Source of the DNA: Mustelus asterias
Taxonomy: Eukaryota
Direction: 5' to 3'
Assembly (NCBI RefSeq): GCF_964213995.1
Contig: NC_135801.1
Span: 93,000,001 to 93,064,000 of the forward strand
Length of the DNA: 64,000 nt
Shown: piece by piece, positions 1 through 11,980 of the stretch
Layout: each line of letters begins with the position of its first letter
Position numbering within the stretch: position 1 is the first letter of the stretch
Notes under the pieces: generated by a model
Told to the model about the DNA's origin: nothing
Database searches by the model: none
What the model saw: only the letters and a program-made list of their open reading frames with translations
Position numbers and translations under genes: made by a program

Positions 1-243
1 AGTTTAATCAATCTTGTTGCAATTGATTTACCTCCTTAAGGGAGATTTAATTTTTAAATCCATTCTCTGATGTCAACAGCAATGTTGAATGCCAGAGACA
101 TTTTCTGCACCCTCTATTTGCCAAGGCACAAGTTATAAGGATTCAGTTGCATGGCATTTTAATATCAGATGTGATTAAACAGAATGGAGTTATCCTTATC
201 TGGATGGGCATACTATTTGTATGATTAGAAAATGGCAGAAGAT

Positions 244-567
244 GGGCAGCATGGTGGCACAGTGGTTAGCTCTGCTGCCTCACAGGGCCAGGGTTCAATT
301 CCCGGCTTGGGTCACTGTCTGTGTGGAGTTTGCACATTCTCCCTGTGTTCGCGTGGGTTTCCTCCGGGTGCTCCGGTTTCCTCCCACACTCCAAAGATGT
401 GCGGGTTAGGTGGATTGGCCATGCTAAATTGCCCCTTAGTGTCAGGGAGATTAACTAGGGTAAATGCATGGGGTTATGGGGATAGGGCCTGGGTAGGATT
501 GTGGTCGGTGCAGACTCAATAAGCCAAATGGCCTCCTTCTGCACTGTAGGATTCTATGATTCTATGA
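244..567 (+). mobile_element. HE1-type (V-SINE) tRNA-derived SINE
   Basis: Pol III A/B-box head (tggcacagtggttag...ggttcaattccc), core tgtctgtgtggagtttgcacattctcc, and a CR1-like 3' end with (attctatg)n tail. Confidence 0.9.
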
Positions 568-747
568 TAAGTGGCAGCAATGATTGGGAAGCCAACATTC
601 CAGTCTTATTGGAATCAAAACCTTTGAATCCAACGAAGCAACTGCATCAAGGATAAATAACAAAATACTATTTTATGTATTGAGTTAATGATCAATGATT
701 CAACTTAAAGGACAATCAACAATAACAATAACATACAATCCAGGAGG

Positions 748-1026
748 TCCACTGTGCAGTGTTAGCATCTCCACCCCTGGGCCCAGAAGCTCCAGATTCA
801 GGTCCAATTTCAGGACTCTCAGCATGGTCAAACAGATTGACGATCAGCCTATAACTCCTACCAATGCGCTTGATGGCGCTAAGGGTGGGAGAGTTTCCTG
901 ATCAGCCATACTACAGAAGGCAACATCAGACCACCGCAGTACTTTATCAAATAATCATGGCCAATCCAATGGAAATCCATGGTCACCAACGCCCTCTTAC
1001 AGCATGGTACCCAACGGAGGAGGAGA
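748..1026 (+). mobile_element. tRNA-headed SINE with RTE-like 3' part
   Basis: Head gtgcagtgttagcatctcc...agattcaggtcc. The 3' part gaaggcaacatcagaccaccgcagtactt...ccatgg resembles RTE/BovB-type 3' ends, followed by a (gga)n tail. Family assignment is inference. Confidence 0.45.
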
Positions 1027-1412
1027 TTATAAAAATCAATTCTAATCTGCTGCCTGTTCTGATCCTAAAGGAGGATTTATTTAGGTCCTTTAATTTAACT
1101 CAATTCAGCATGGAAAGTGTGTTGTAATATAGTGTCGCTGCTGAGGAGCTTGAGACTTGTATAAATCCTCCTTTGATCAGAACGGGCAGCAGATTAGAAT
1201 TGATTTTTATAATCTCCTCCTTTGTTGGGTACCATGCTGTAAGAGGGCGTTGGTGACCATGGATTTCCATTGGATTGGCCATGATTATTTGATAAAGTAC
1301 TGCGGTGGTTTGCTGTTGCCTTCTGTAGTATGGCTGATCAGGAAACTCTCTCACCCTTAGCGCTTCCCATCAGGCACATTGGAAGGAGTTATAGGCTAAT
1401 CGTCAATCTGTT
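831..1412. repeat. Inverted repeat, arms 831-1080 and 1161-1412, 80-bp spacer
   Basis: The arms are reverse complements with scattered mismatches and small indels. They produce the mirrored ORFs 864..1127(+) and 1100..1354(-). Confidence 0.95.
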
Positions 1413-1430
1413 GAAACACAAACCGTATAT

Positions 1431-2990
1431 TGTTAGTCTTTAATAATTTACAGATCCCAGATATTGTCGTGCATGTTTCTCCATGCAGGCAGGTTTTCAA
1501 AGTGTTCCCTCTTGAGTCTATTATCATGCAACTCTGGGTGATGCTATTTCAGTCCCACATTAGTCCTTGCTCTGTATTACAATGATGTGGAGATGCCGGT
1601 GTTGGACTCGGGTAAAGCACAGCAAGAAGTCTCACCTGGTGTTGTGAGACTTCTTACTGTATTACAATGGCTTGCAGGCACATAATACAACCTCCCCCCT
1701 TATAAATAGAAAACTTTCCTCCCTTCCAATGGTGTGTCATTCTTTTCAATGCAATCTTTGCTTGCTATCCCATCCACCTCCCCACCCCAAGTCTCTGACT
1801 TCATAAATTCAGACCGTCTTGAGTTTTGACAGTTTTTCCACATTTCAGTCTATCACGTGGTGGAAAGGTCATAGTACACCCCTTTCTAGTAATTTGTTTC
1901 TCCACTTGATTTGCTTCTTGTGCTCCGTCAAGTTGCGTTTCTCTTTATTAAAAACTTGTCGGCTATTTTCACCCACTATGGGTTTGTCCCATTCCTTACA
2001 AAGGGAATGTGCACTCCATTCGTTCCTAAAGCGGACTTGAATTTGTTTTCCGCGGTGTTCGTAACGTTCTTGCTGGATATATACGTTTCACAAATGGAGC
2101 CTTCCTTCCCACTTGTTTCACAATTTCAGCAAAACATTTGTTTGCTGTTTTACTTTCAAATCATTTTGCAAGCTTATGAATCTTGTCATTCTGCTCAGCT
2201 TTGCACTTGTGTTGGATTTACATTTTCTGATCTTATTTTTGTCTTGCCTTTCTCTGTTTGCAGCAGAACTTTGTCCTTGCTTTTGTTAGCTAAATCATCA
2301 GCCCTTCAATCTGTTTCTTGTAGCTTTCAGCTTCTTCCTGGAACATAGAACATTGCTGAGTCTTTTCTGCCAACTGGTTCTTCAATTTGTTCAGAGTGAC
2401 GTTAAATTCATTTTGTTTCTTTGTTACTTTCCAGTGGATAAACTTTGCCCTGAGGGATTCTTGCAGTGTATGAAGGTCTTTTCTTTCCTTAGTGAAGCTC
2501 ATTTGCTTCATCTTGAGCTTCCCTGTAATTCAATAGAGTATCTGAGAGTTTATTCTACTGTTCTTCCAAGCTGCTGTTTAAGACAAACTTCATTTCTTAA
2601 TGTTGCTGAATAGTTACACATTCCTTTCACATTTGATTTTGAAGGACAATCAACTGTTTTTTCAAATATTCATTTTCTTGTTGACATCTTGCCAACTCAC
2701 GCTGGGTTTTAGTGCTTCATCTTGTCGGCTCAATTTGAAACTTGCATGCCAAATCTTCCAGTTCAGCTCTGATGCGAATGTTTTCCTGTTGAACAACTTA
2801 ATTTACTTTTTGCACAATTTTGCTTCTGTTGAGTTACCTCAGATAGCTTTCCTTCATTCATTACCAATTAAGATCGTAAAGCAGGCAGTGATTTGTGTGC
2901 TGCTGAACACTATCCAATGCACCTTTTGAAATGACAGGGATGCTGAGCTGGGATCACAGGCCATCGGATGTTCGATAAGTGAAAGCTGCT
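1431..2990 (-). mobile_element. Putative LTR-element relic: decayed coiled-coil ORF, PPT and short 3' LTR
   Basis: Minus strand has fragmented E/K/Q/L-rich frames (NVTLNKLKNQLAEKTQQCSMFQEEAESYKKQIEGL; QQENIRIRAELEDLA). These are followed by purine tract AAGGGGGGAGG (1701-1691), TGT at 1689, and a possible ACA end at 1431. Confidence 0.35.
1585..1656 (-). mobile_element. Miniature Penelope-like inverted terminus
   Basis: Has the same tail (gatgtggagatgccggtgttggactcgggtaaa) as the element at 22644-23170 and a short hairpin aagaagtctcac/gtgagacttctt. Flanked by ctgtattacaatg at 1572-1584 and 1657-1669. Confidence 0.8.
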
Positions 2991-4249
2991 CACATTGAAA
3001 TGAGGTGGTTTCCAAGGTGCAAGGTCAGCCATTTTGCAGCTGCCTCCCACAAGAGGGCAGAATGAGTTCAGATGCAACAGGGGGAGGGCCCGATGGAACA
3101 GTCAGAGAAGTATATAATTGTCACTTTTAAACCAGTATCGGCTGTCAGTGTTTGGGACTAAAGTCAGGCCCAGGGGATCACAAATATGGTTGCATGACTG
3201 GTAAAGGAGCAGCACCAAGGGAGGCTCCCGCACCAGAGACACCATTTTCAGAGAGACAGGAAAAACAAACAGGACCATTCCTGCCATCTAATTGGGCCCC
3301 TTCCCACCACCTTGGGATCCCTTCTTGAGACCAGTGTGCAACTGGAAAAACTGAGTGAACAATATTTTTTGTGTGATCACATTTTTTGTTGCCTATGTTA
3401 ACATGTAGGCCTTGAAGCAGGCATCATGCTTGTTAGGATGAGTATCAGGTGCAGATTGCATGCAAGAGACTCTGATGAGATTTCTTTTTCTCATTTTACA
3501 TGTGACAAAACAAAGTGGAATATCTCCTTCTTGTTGTCTCCAATTATTGTCTGTATAAAGACTTCCTTTGACTCCAATGCTAATTTTGTATAAAACAAAT
3601 TGTATATCAGTTTCATTTGCAAAGTTGGTGAATTTTGCCAGTTTTCATGCATCTTTCCCACCGTAAGAAACTGATTGCAAAATAGTGAACAGTGTTAATC
3701 ACTTTCTATAACTAGGTTGGAAGCATAGTGCTAGTTAAGCATTCCCTGTGGGATGTTGCAATATAGAGACCAGGATACTGAATTTGCAACTGAGCCGTGT
3801 GGCTTGGCCAAATGGCTGAATTAGCTGTCTGTGGGCAATGTTATATATGACACTCTACTGTTTGAACTGGAAGCATGCAACAGTATCAACTTATGATGAA
3901 TCATACTAGACAATCTAACTGTAGGGAAGGAAACATAACAATTCAGACGTCTTGAAGATCTTGTGACATTTATTTCCCTTCCCTTAAAAATAAAGATCAA
4001 CTTTTAATTTGGAGAAAAAAAGACTTTCACTCAACCAAATGACGTTTGGCAAGGAAAAGTATTTTGGAAGTATATTGTTGCAAACTTGCTGAAGCTTTCC
4101 GATATTTGACTTCTGCAGTGGAAATATTTCAATTGAATGTCAACAACCCTCTCCCAAAAGTAAAATAAAATGAGAAACTCGGAATGAAAAAAAAAAGTTT
4201 TTGCTCCTGTAAGATCAATCCTGCCACATAGAATGTCAATTTGGCTTAG

Positions 4250-4640
4250 TTGGACATTTGCTTGCCTCCCAGTCACAAGGGTATAGGTTCAAGTCTCATC
4301 TCAGGACTGGAGCACATAATCAAGCTGACATTTCATTACTGAGGAAATGCTGTATTGCCAGAGGTGCTGTCCTGTAGATGAATTATTAAACTGAGTCCAC
4401 ATATGCTTGTCGCAAAGTTTCAGCTGGACATTGAAACTCTGACAAAGGGCAGTGTGTTTTCCTGGTGGTCTGTTTGATATTCTTCCGTCAATCAAAACCT
4501 CAGAAATATATATTAATTCACCACACTCTGCAAAATACATGTTGAGTTTGTATACATCAAAATATTATAGCACTTGAGAGCTAGCCATAATTGGGGATGT
4601 TACAGAGCGATGTGACAAGATTTATGTAAATATATACTCC
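4250..4640 (+). mobile_element. Deu-domain SINE (SacSINE1/AmnSINE-like), diverged
   Basis: ggttcaagtc B-box followed by gagcacataatcaagctgaca...actgaggaaatgctgtattgccagaggtgctgtc...gatgaa..ttaaactgag. Confidence 0.65.
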
Positions 4641-4721
4641 TTTCTTCAATCATTGACTTCATCCAATTTTTTTTTGGAGAAGTTCCAGAAGCATTACATT
4701 TCTCCTGCTCATCAAAATAAA

Positions 4722-4968
4722 ACTTAAATGTGACATTATTTAATTTATGTTCCTCCAAAATAAACTTTAAAAATGAATAAAATGAATTTGAAAAATGACA
4801 TTTCCAAGATTCCAGTTATTTACAAACATTCTTTCTGACTTAAATGCAACATTATTTAATTTTGGCCAGTTGCCTTCAAAATAAATTTTAAAAATGAATA
4901 AAATCAATTTTAAAAATGACATTTCTCTAAGATTTCAGCTATTCACAAACAAACATTCTTTCCAACTT
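4722..4968. repeat. Two-copy AT-rich tandem duplication (~116-130 bp unit)
   Basis: acttaaatg..acattatttaattt...aaaaatgaataaaat...aaaaatgacatttc...acaaacattcttt begins at 4722 and again at 4838. Confidence 0.85.
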
Positions 4969-6039
4969 TGGAAATATTCCCACTAAAATGAACTGAAATT
5001 ACTCCCTTTACTATAGCAGCTGATGTGTGAAATACCAATAAAAGACTGAGAGCCTGGTTTCAGGCAAGTATGCTACCACTCGGTTCCAAGAGCTGGGGAT
5101 TTGTTAAGTGTAGTAGCTAAACTTTGTTGCTGTGCTGGCTACTTGTAAGAATTCTCTTGCAATATTACCAGAGAAAACATGGCTCAATGTTCAATACTTT
5201 TTAAAAAGATACACAATTTGTTATTGGGCTCACAAAATTTAGGCGAAGCTTTAATTAAATTAGCAGCAATTACAAATTATGGAAATTTATGAACACAAAA
5301 AATGCCATTGAAATTACACTTGAGAGCAGAAAATTAAGTTTCACTTGTAATTATTTCACAATACTCATGTTCATCATTATTTATTGAGACTAGCTTAGTC
5401 AGAGCTCGTGGCACATCTCATGACTGGCACACAATAATTACAGGGGAGTTAAGCACATTTTCTTTATTGCAGAAGAAACAATTGTGTTTCGGACTTCCCT
5501 CCTTATTGTAAGTTCATGTTCGCATCCAGTGTTGTACTCACCATTCTGTGGCACGCTGCTACATTTGCTGTCCTGCTGGCCCTTCCTTCCATGCATTGTA
5601 AAGGACATTGTCCAAGTTCACACTCAGTGGGGATAATTGAAATGCTGTAGCTGAACTCTAAGCCCTGCAAGGACTGCCAGCCAACACTCTGAGATGGACC
5701 TACATGTGGACAATATTGACACCGGCCTTTAGGCCTCTCATTTTCTGAATTGACTGTTCCCACCACACCCAGGATATCAGGCCCTTCTCTCCTTCCACTG
5801 TTCTATGCCCCCAAACCTATTCTATTCTCCCTCAGATCCCTCTTGCACTCCCACATGTCCCTGACTCTGCTCCACGCTTTCACCTGCCCCAACACTCACT
5901 TACCCTTACCAGTCTTGTGCCTCGGTACAAGCTATCATTCTCTTGCTCCCTTTTGCCACAGAGTTCAACAAGGGAAACAGGTGATCTCAGATATAACTGC
6001 ACAAATCTGACTGTGTTGCATTTTTGTAATGATATAAAG

Positions 6040-8850
6040 GCAATCACCAATAAGGGATAGCATATGCCTTCTGGAATTCCAAGTACAGTATGCCTACACT
6101 CTTTTATCCACAGTGCAAGTTACTCCATCAAAGTCGTCCAATAAATTGGTTGAACATGCTTTCCCTTTCACAAAACCATGCTGACTCTTCCCGATTACCT
6201 TGAGTTTGTCCAAGTGCCCAGCATAACCTCTTTAATGATCGAATCTAACACCTTCCGTACAACAGAAATCAAGCTAACTGGCCTGCAATTTCCAGTTTTC
6301 TGCCTCCTTCCCTTCATAAATAGAGGGGTCATGTTTGTTACTTTCCAGTCTGATAGAAGCTTTCTAATCTAATGAATTTTGAAAATTAACACCAACACAT
6401 CTACTACCTCATTAGCCACTTCTTTTAAGACTCTTGAATGAAGTCCATCAGAACCCAGAGACTTGTCAGCCTGCAGTGCCATCAGTTTGCTCAGTACTAT
6501 TGATCTATGCTCTGGCCTTTTATCCAGTTCACTCCTGCTAGCTCAGCTTTCAAGCCCACACTATGATTGTAATTTCACCAAGTTCCTCTCTCCCTTCCAT
6601 CTCCTCATTTACAGGTATTTCTGGAATGTTTTTGTATCTATTATAGTAAAGTCAGATTCTAATTTCTTTCTACCGATTAACATTTTCGTCATTCTCTGCC
6701 TTTCTTTGTATTCTGGCCAATCATTTGATCTGCCACTCACCTTTGCGCAGTTATATGCTTCCTCCTCAAGTTTGATGCTATTCTTAACTTCTTTAGTTAA
6801 CCACGGATGGTGGGTCCTCTCCTTAATATTTTTCTTTATAGCAGGAGTATATTTGTTCTGAGCATTCTTAAATATCCCCTTAAATGTCTGTCACTGCTTC
6901 TCCATTGATCTAATCTTTAGCTTCATATCCCAGGTCATATTCAACTAGCTCAGCTTTCAAGCCCACATCATTATTTAAGTTTAAAATATTAGTCCAAGAC
7001 CCACTCTTCCCCCTTTCAAACTGGTTTAAAATTCAATCATATTGTGATCTCTGCTATCTAGAGGTGCCTTTACTCTGAGATCATTAATTAATGCAGTCAC
7101 ATTACATAGTACCAAGTCTAATATAACCTGCTCCCTGGTTGGTTCCAGAAAGTGCTGCTCTAAGGAACTAACTCAAAAGCATTCTATGAACTCCTTATCC
7201 AGGCTACTACTGCCAATCTGATTTTTCCAATTAATATGGTTGTTTAAAATCACCTACGATTATTGCCATCCCTTTATCACAAATTTCTTTTTGTATGCTT
7301 TGTACTAAATTGTGGTTGCTGTTTGAGGGCCCTGACTTTTCCGCATTTCCACCCAAACAGATGTCATCTCTAATTATTGCACCAATGCCATCCTGAATTA
7401 ACAGTGCTACCGCTCCATCTTTACCTATTTTCTTATTGTTCTTAAAATGTCATATATTCCACAACATTCAGGATGCAATCCTTGTCATCCTGCAGCCATA
7501 TGTCTGCAATCGCTATCTGATCATATTTATTTACTTCAATGTACACCATCAGTTAATTTACTTTGTTATGAATGCTACGTGCATATAGAGCCTCAACTTT
7601 TGTCTTTTTGTTATGTTTGTAACATCTAGTCTTGACTGTTGGTGTATTCTTAGGTTATTTGGTTACCTTCCGGCCATTCTCTGACCCTCATTTGCCATAT
7701 TGCTATTTTGTTTTCCTGCCTTAGAAATCATAGAAATCATAGAAACCCTACAGTGCAGAAGGAGGCCATTCGGCCCATCGAGTCTGCACCGACCACAATC
7801 CCACCCAGGCCCTACCCCACATATTTACCCGCGAATCCCTCTAACCTACGCATCTCAGGACTTTAAGGGGCAATTTTTAACCTGGCCAATCAACCTATCC
7901 CACACATCTTTGGACTGTGGGAGTCTGCACCGACCACAATCCCACCCAGGCCCTACCCCCATATCCCTACATATTTACCCGCTAATCCCTCTAACCTACG
8001 CATTTCAGGACTCTCAGGGGCAATTTTTAGCATAGCCAATCAACCTAACCCGCACATCTTTGGACTGTGGGAGGAAACCGGAGCACCCGGAGGAAACCCA
8101 CGCAGACACAAGGAGAATGTGCAAACTCCACACAGACGGTGACCCAAGCCAGGAATCGAACCCAGGTCCCTGGAGCTGTGAAGCAGCAGTGCTAACCACT
8201 GTGCTACCGTGCCGCCTTGACTCTATCCCTTGATTTTCCATATCTATCTAAGGTTGATCCCGCAACTCTCTTGTTTAGTTTAATCCCTACTTATGCGTCT
8301 TGTTAGAACACTGGTCCCAGCATGGTTCAAATGTAGACTATACCAATGGTACAGTCTTCACCTTCCCCAGTACGGGTGCCAGAGGTCCATGAACTGGAAC
8401 CCACTTCTCCCACATCAGTCTTTAAGTCATGTATTCATCTCCCCAATCTTATTGGCTCTATGCCTTTTTTTAAAGCAGCTCAGGTAATAATCCAGAGATT
8501 ATTACCTTTCGGGTTCTGCTTTTTAATTTGGTAGCCAGCTCTTCAGAAAGATAATAGAGAACCTTTCTCCTTGTCCTGCCTATGTTGTTAGTACCTACAT
8601 AGACCATGACAACTGGGTCCTCCCCAACCTACTGTAAGATCCTCTTCTGCCCTGAGCAAATTTCCCCAATCCTGGCACCAGGCAAGCAATGCAACTCTCT
8701 ACCCTCGCTCTTTGCTGCAGCGAACAGTGTCAATTCCCCTTATTACACTGTCCCCTACAACCACTACATTCCTTTGTGCTCTCCCCACTTGGACAGCTTC
8801 CTGTACCACAGTTTCATGACCAGCCTGCCCATCCACCCCACACTTTCACC
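6040..8850 (-). mobile_element. Old degraded CR1/HER1 LINE (ORF2 and ORF1 remnants)
   Basis: Antisense remnants of HGFVKGKACSTNLLDDF, NCRPVSLISVV, GSDGLHSRVLKEVA and an endonuclease IIVGDF segment. Interrupted by the SINE at 7722-8216. Confidence 0.75.
7722..8216 (-). mobile_element. HE1-type SINE with internal ~140-bp duplication
   Basis: Full head and tail present. The segment starting gagtctgcaccgaccac occurs at 7780 and again at 7921. Confidence 0.92.
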
Positions 8851-9104
8851 CACACCTCAAACCTGTTTGTCACTTTTTTAATTACACAGATGTGTGTTTT
8901 AGGTGGTTATTTTAATTAATAAACCCTACTGCTTTATGGCAGCTGTCGTAAAAACCTTATGATGAAGAAAATCTTGCAGTTACCAATAAATTGTAGCAAT
9001 AGGTAAAGATAAATGAGCAAAACAAAAAAATATTCACCAACTAACCAATCACTTATCCAGTTTCCTAGGACGTCACACTTAATTTTCTCCATATTTGGTT
9101 ATCC

Positions 9105-9440
9105 CCAACCGCACTCCCATTCACTGAGTCCCATTCCAATCTACTGATCCCCACCCACTGAGCTCCATTCCCACCCACTATTCCCCATCCACTGAGCCCC
9201 ATTCTCATCCACTAATCCCCATCCACTGAGCTGCATTCCCATTCCCATCCACTGAGCTCCATTCCCATCCACTAAGCCCCATTGCCATTCCCATCCTTTG
9301 ATCCCCATCCACTGAGCCCCGTTCCCATTCACTAATCCCCATCCATTGAGCCTCATCCCCATTCCCATCCACTGATTCCCTTCCGCTGATTCCCATTCCC
9401 ACCCACTGAACCCTATTCTCATTCTCATCCACTGATCCCC
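9105..9440. repeat. Degenerate minisatellite built from cccatt and cccatccactga units
   Basis: About a dozen recurrences of (c/a)tccactga-like cores separated by cccatt hexamers. Confidence 0.9.
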
Positions 9441-10005
9441 TTTGGGGAAGGAGGGTCTCGCGATCATTGCGGGCCAGGGCGGGGTGGGTCTCACGATCGG
9501 CCGTCTGCCCCGCAGTAGCGGTGAGGAGGCCAAGTGTTGGCCACGGAGGCTGGCTGATAGCAGCAGCGGCACTGACATGTCTCAGAGCACACAGACCTGT
9601 ATAATGAGAAAGCACACATGTGTAATGGTGCCCTCTGCTGCTATCAGCCAGCTTTCAGGCCATTTATGCCTTGACCATTCCCCTGACTGGCGAGAGACAG
9701 ACCAGGGTTTTTTTTTATTGTACAGAGTGCATAAGATTCGACTGGTGGCTTTGCCGAAATAATGGATCTGAAACTCTCCCATTTTCACGGTCATTCTAGA
9801 CTTATAATTTTTTTGGTAAGATTGCCGCCAGTATCTTTGATTCTATAAATGCTAAAATTGACCAAAAATGAAACCTGAAAAACTCATTTGTATTGCTTAA
9901 TTGTGAAACATTACACATCAGGAAACCCAAAATTAAGAAAGCATTAATGAACCAATTGAAACCAATATTACACAGTGTTTAAGAACAAAAAAATAGAAGA
10001 CTTGC

Positions 10006-10107
10006 TTGGAGAATTAGAAGATGGCTTTTTGGCAACAGAACAGGGGAAGAGCTTCATGAGACGCTCTTTTATACTGCGCTTGGTACCATTCTGAGTGTAG
10101 ATGAAAC
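10006..10107 (-). CDS. KCNIP4: Kv channel-interacting protein 4, internal coding exon (exon II equivalent)
   Basis: Minus strand reads cttctag|GT TTC ATC TAC ACT CAG AAT GGT ACC AAG CGC AGT ATA AAA GAG CGT CTC ATG AAG CTC TTC CCC TGT...CCA A|gcaagt, giving (G)[33 protein letters not shown]. This is about two-thirds identical to recalled human KChIP4 [33 protein letters not shown], with the same 33 codons. Length 102 nt, phase 1-1. Not in the ORF track. EF-hand exons would lie left of the window. Confidence 0.93.
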
Positions 10108-11980
10108 CTAGAAGATACATCATCAGCATTTGTTAAATCTCTGGGTTTCAAAGAGAACTTTGTGCATGCTTCATGCAATGCCACAGTGTCACTGTTTTGC
10201 AGTGAAAATCATGCAACAAGCAGATATTATTTTAGATCGAGGGAGCCAGTTTGAGAGAGTAGGATGCATTGAAATACTTTGAATCCATACTCAGGACAAC
10301 ACTCTTGCAGTTCATTACATTCCAACTATTCTTTTATTTACAGTTTAAGCATATTCTCAGAGGAGAAGGAGGAGTCAGAAACTCTAGAAAATAGAAAATA
10401 GCAGATTTCGAAAAGCAGATTGCTTTTTCTCCCGTTGAGTTAATGCAAGTATCCTGCTATTAGACTGCAGCACACAGAGAAACAATACAGAAATCGTGAG
10501 GCCCCTCCTGAGATGGTTTTATCTCATTCCTTATAATCCAAAATATCATTAAATCTGAAAATTTATTTAGTAACAGGAAAGCATAATAAAACACGAGGGT
10601 TAAGAGCTAAGGGTTTTTTGATGTAAACAACTGAGACAAATAAAAACTTTGAAATTTGAGGACATGCTAAATGGTTTCTAAACAATTTACTGTGTGATTC
10701 TTCTATATTATAATGTCAACTGTTACATTGTGCTCAAAACACAAGTGCCAACATTGTGATATATATGTAATTATTTGCATGTATTTATTATTGTAGTTTT
10801 TCCGTGTTAGGTTGATCAATCTGTAACTTTAACCTTGAAATAAAGAGAGTCTTAAAGCAATAACATACAGATATTTTATTATCTATCTGGAAATATACTT
10901 CCAATCAGGTTCTGATGCTATTTCTTGTAATTAAATATTGCACAACAAATGACAAAAGACATGCTTTAATGTTTGAATGAAAAGGGAAGTTACGATTTTA
11001 TTTTGTGATTTTTATTAGATTTAATTTGTCACAGACAATAATATCAAAGGAATGATTTTTACATTATATGTGAAACGTGAGTAGAGAAAGAAGGGAAATG
11101 GGACAAGAGGGGCTTCATAGTGGCTGGGAAACCTGTAAATACAGGTAACCTGAAGGTCCTGCTGAGTTCATTCGCTTCGTACGTTTTTTTGTCTCCCATT
11201 TCCCAGCCAGATCAAGATGTGTGCCAGTTGCCATGCAGGATGACCTGAGGCACTAGGCCCTGGCCAAGGGGCAGAAAGAGAGGGAGGGAGAGTGAAAGAG
11301 AGAGAAAGAGAGAGGGGGGAAACAAGCGAGGGAGGAAACAAAAAGACTGCAGAGGGACTGGAGAGCTGGGGAAGATTGTGAATGCAATGGATCTGGGTGG
11401 ATTGGAAAGGGCTTCTGATCAAGGGGACTGAAGCACTTAGCTTGGGAGGCTCTTGGCCCAAATGTAGTTCTGGAAAGAGCTTACATGTTTGCGCCAGTCA
11501 TTCTCACCTCCTTCCATTTGTCAGGTTTCCTGATCCCCGTGAAAACTGGCCTGAAGGGATTAAACCTAAAAACCTGTCAAAGTTGATGCACACAATCTCA
11601 TAAAAACATGTGAATTATGGACCTGCTTCAGGGCAGCAGATTAGTCACCCTCTCACAAACTGCTTCTGTTCAAACTAGAAGTTGAAGGCTTGGTTGGGTC
11701 GATTTCCAATTTTTGGAAATTTTGAAAATTTTCACCTGTCTTGAGCAATTAAAGTTCTCCTAGAGACTCATCCAGTGAAGATTAGACGCAGCCAGTTATG
11801 TGGGAATATAACTTACAGTCTCACCATTCTTACCAAATCACAGATACTTAGAAACCATTTGTAAAGCATAGATGCACATGTTGATGCACATATAACCACA
11901 GCACTGCACTTAGTACTTTTGCCTTCCAGGTTTCCATTGCAGATTAATTATATATTAATGTTTTTTAACTCTCAGATCAT

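Noticed and set aside
244-320. SINE heads as tRNA genes
   Set aside because: A/B boxes run straight into SINE core and tail sequence in a dozen copies, with no complete cloverleaf.
1911-2929. Plus-strand hydrophobic ORFs as membrane proteins
   Set aside because: F/L/S-rich shadows of the decayed minus-strand coiled-coil frame.
9141-9615. 145-aa and 136-aa repetitive W/M/G-rich ORFs
   Set aside because: Translations of the minisatellite at 9105-9440.
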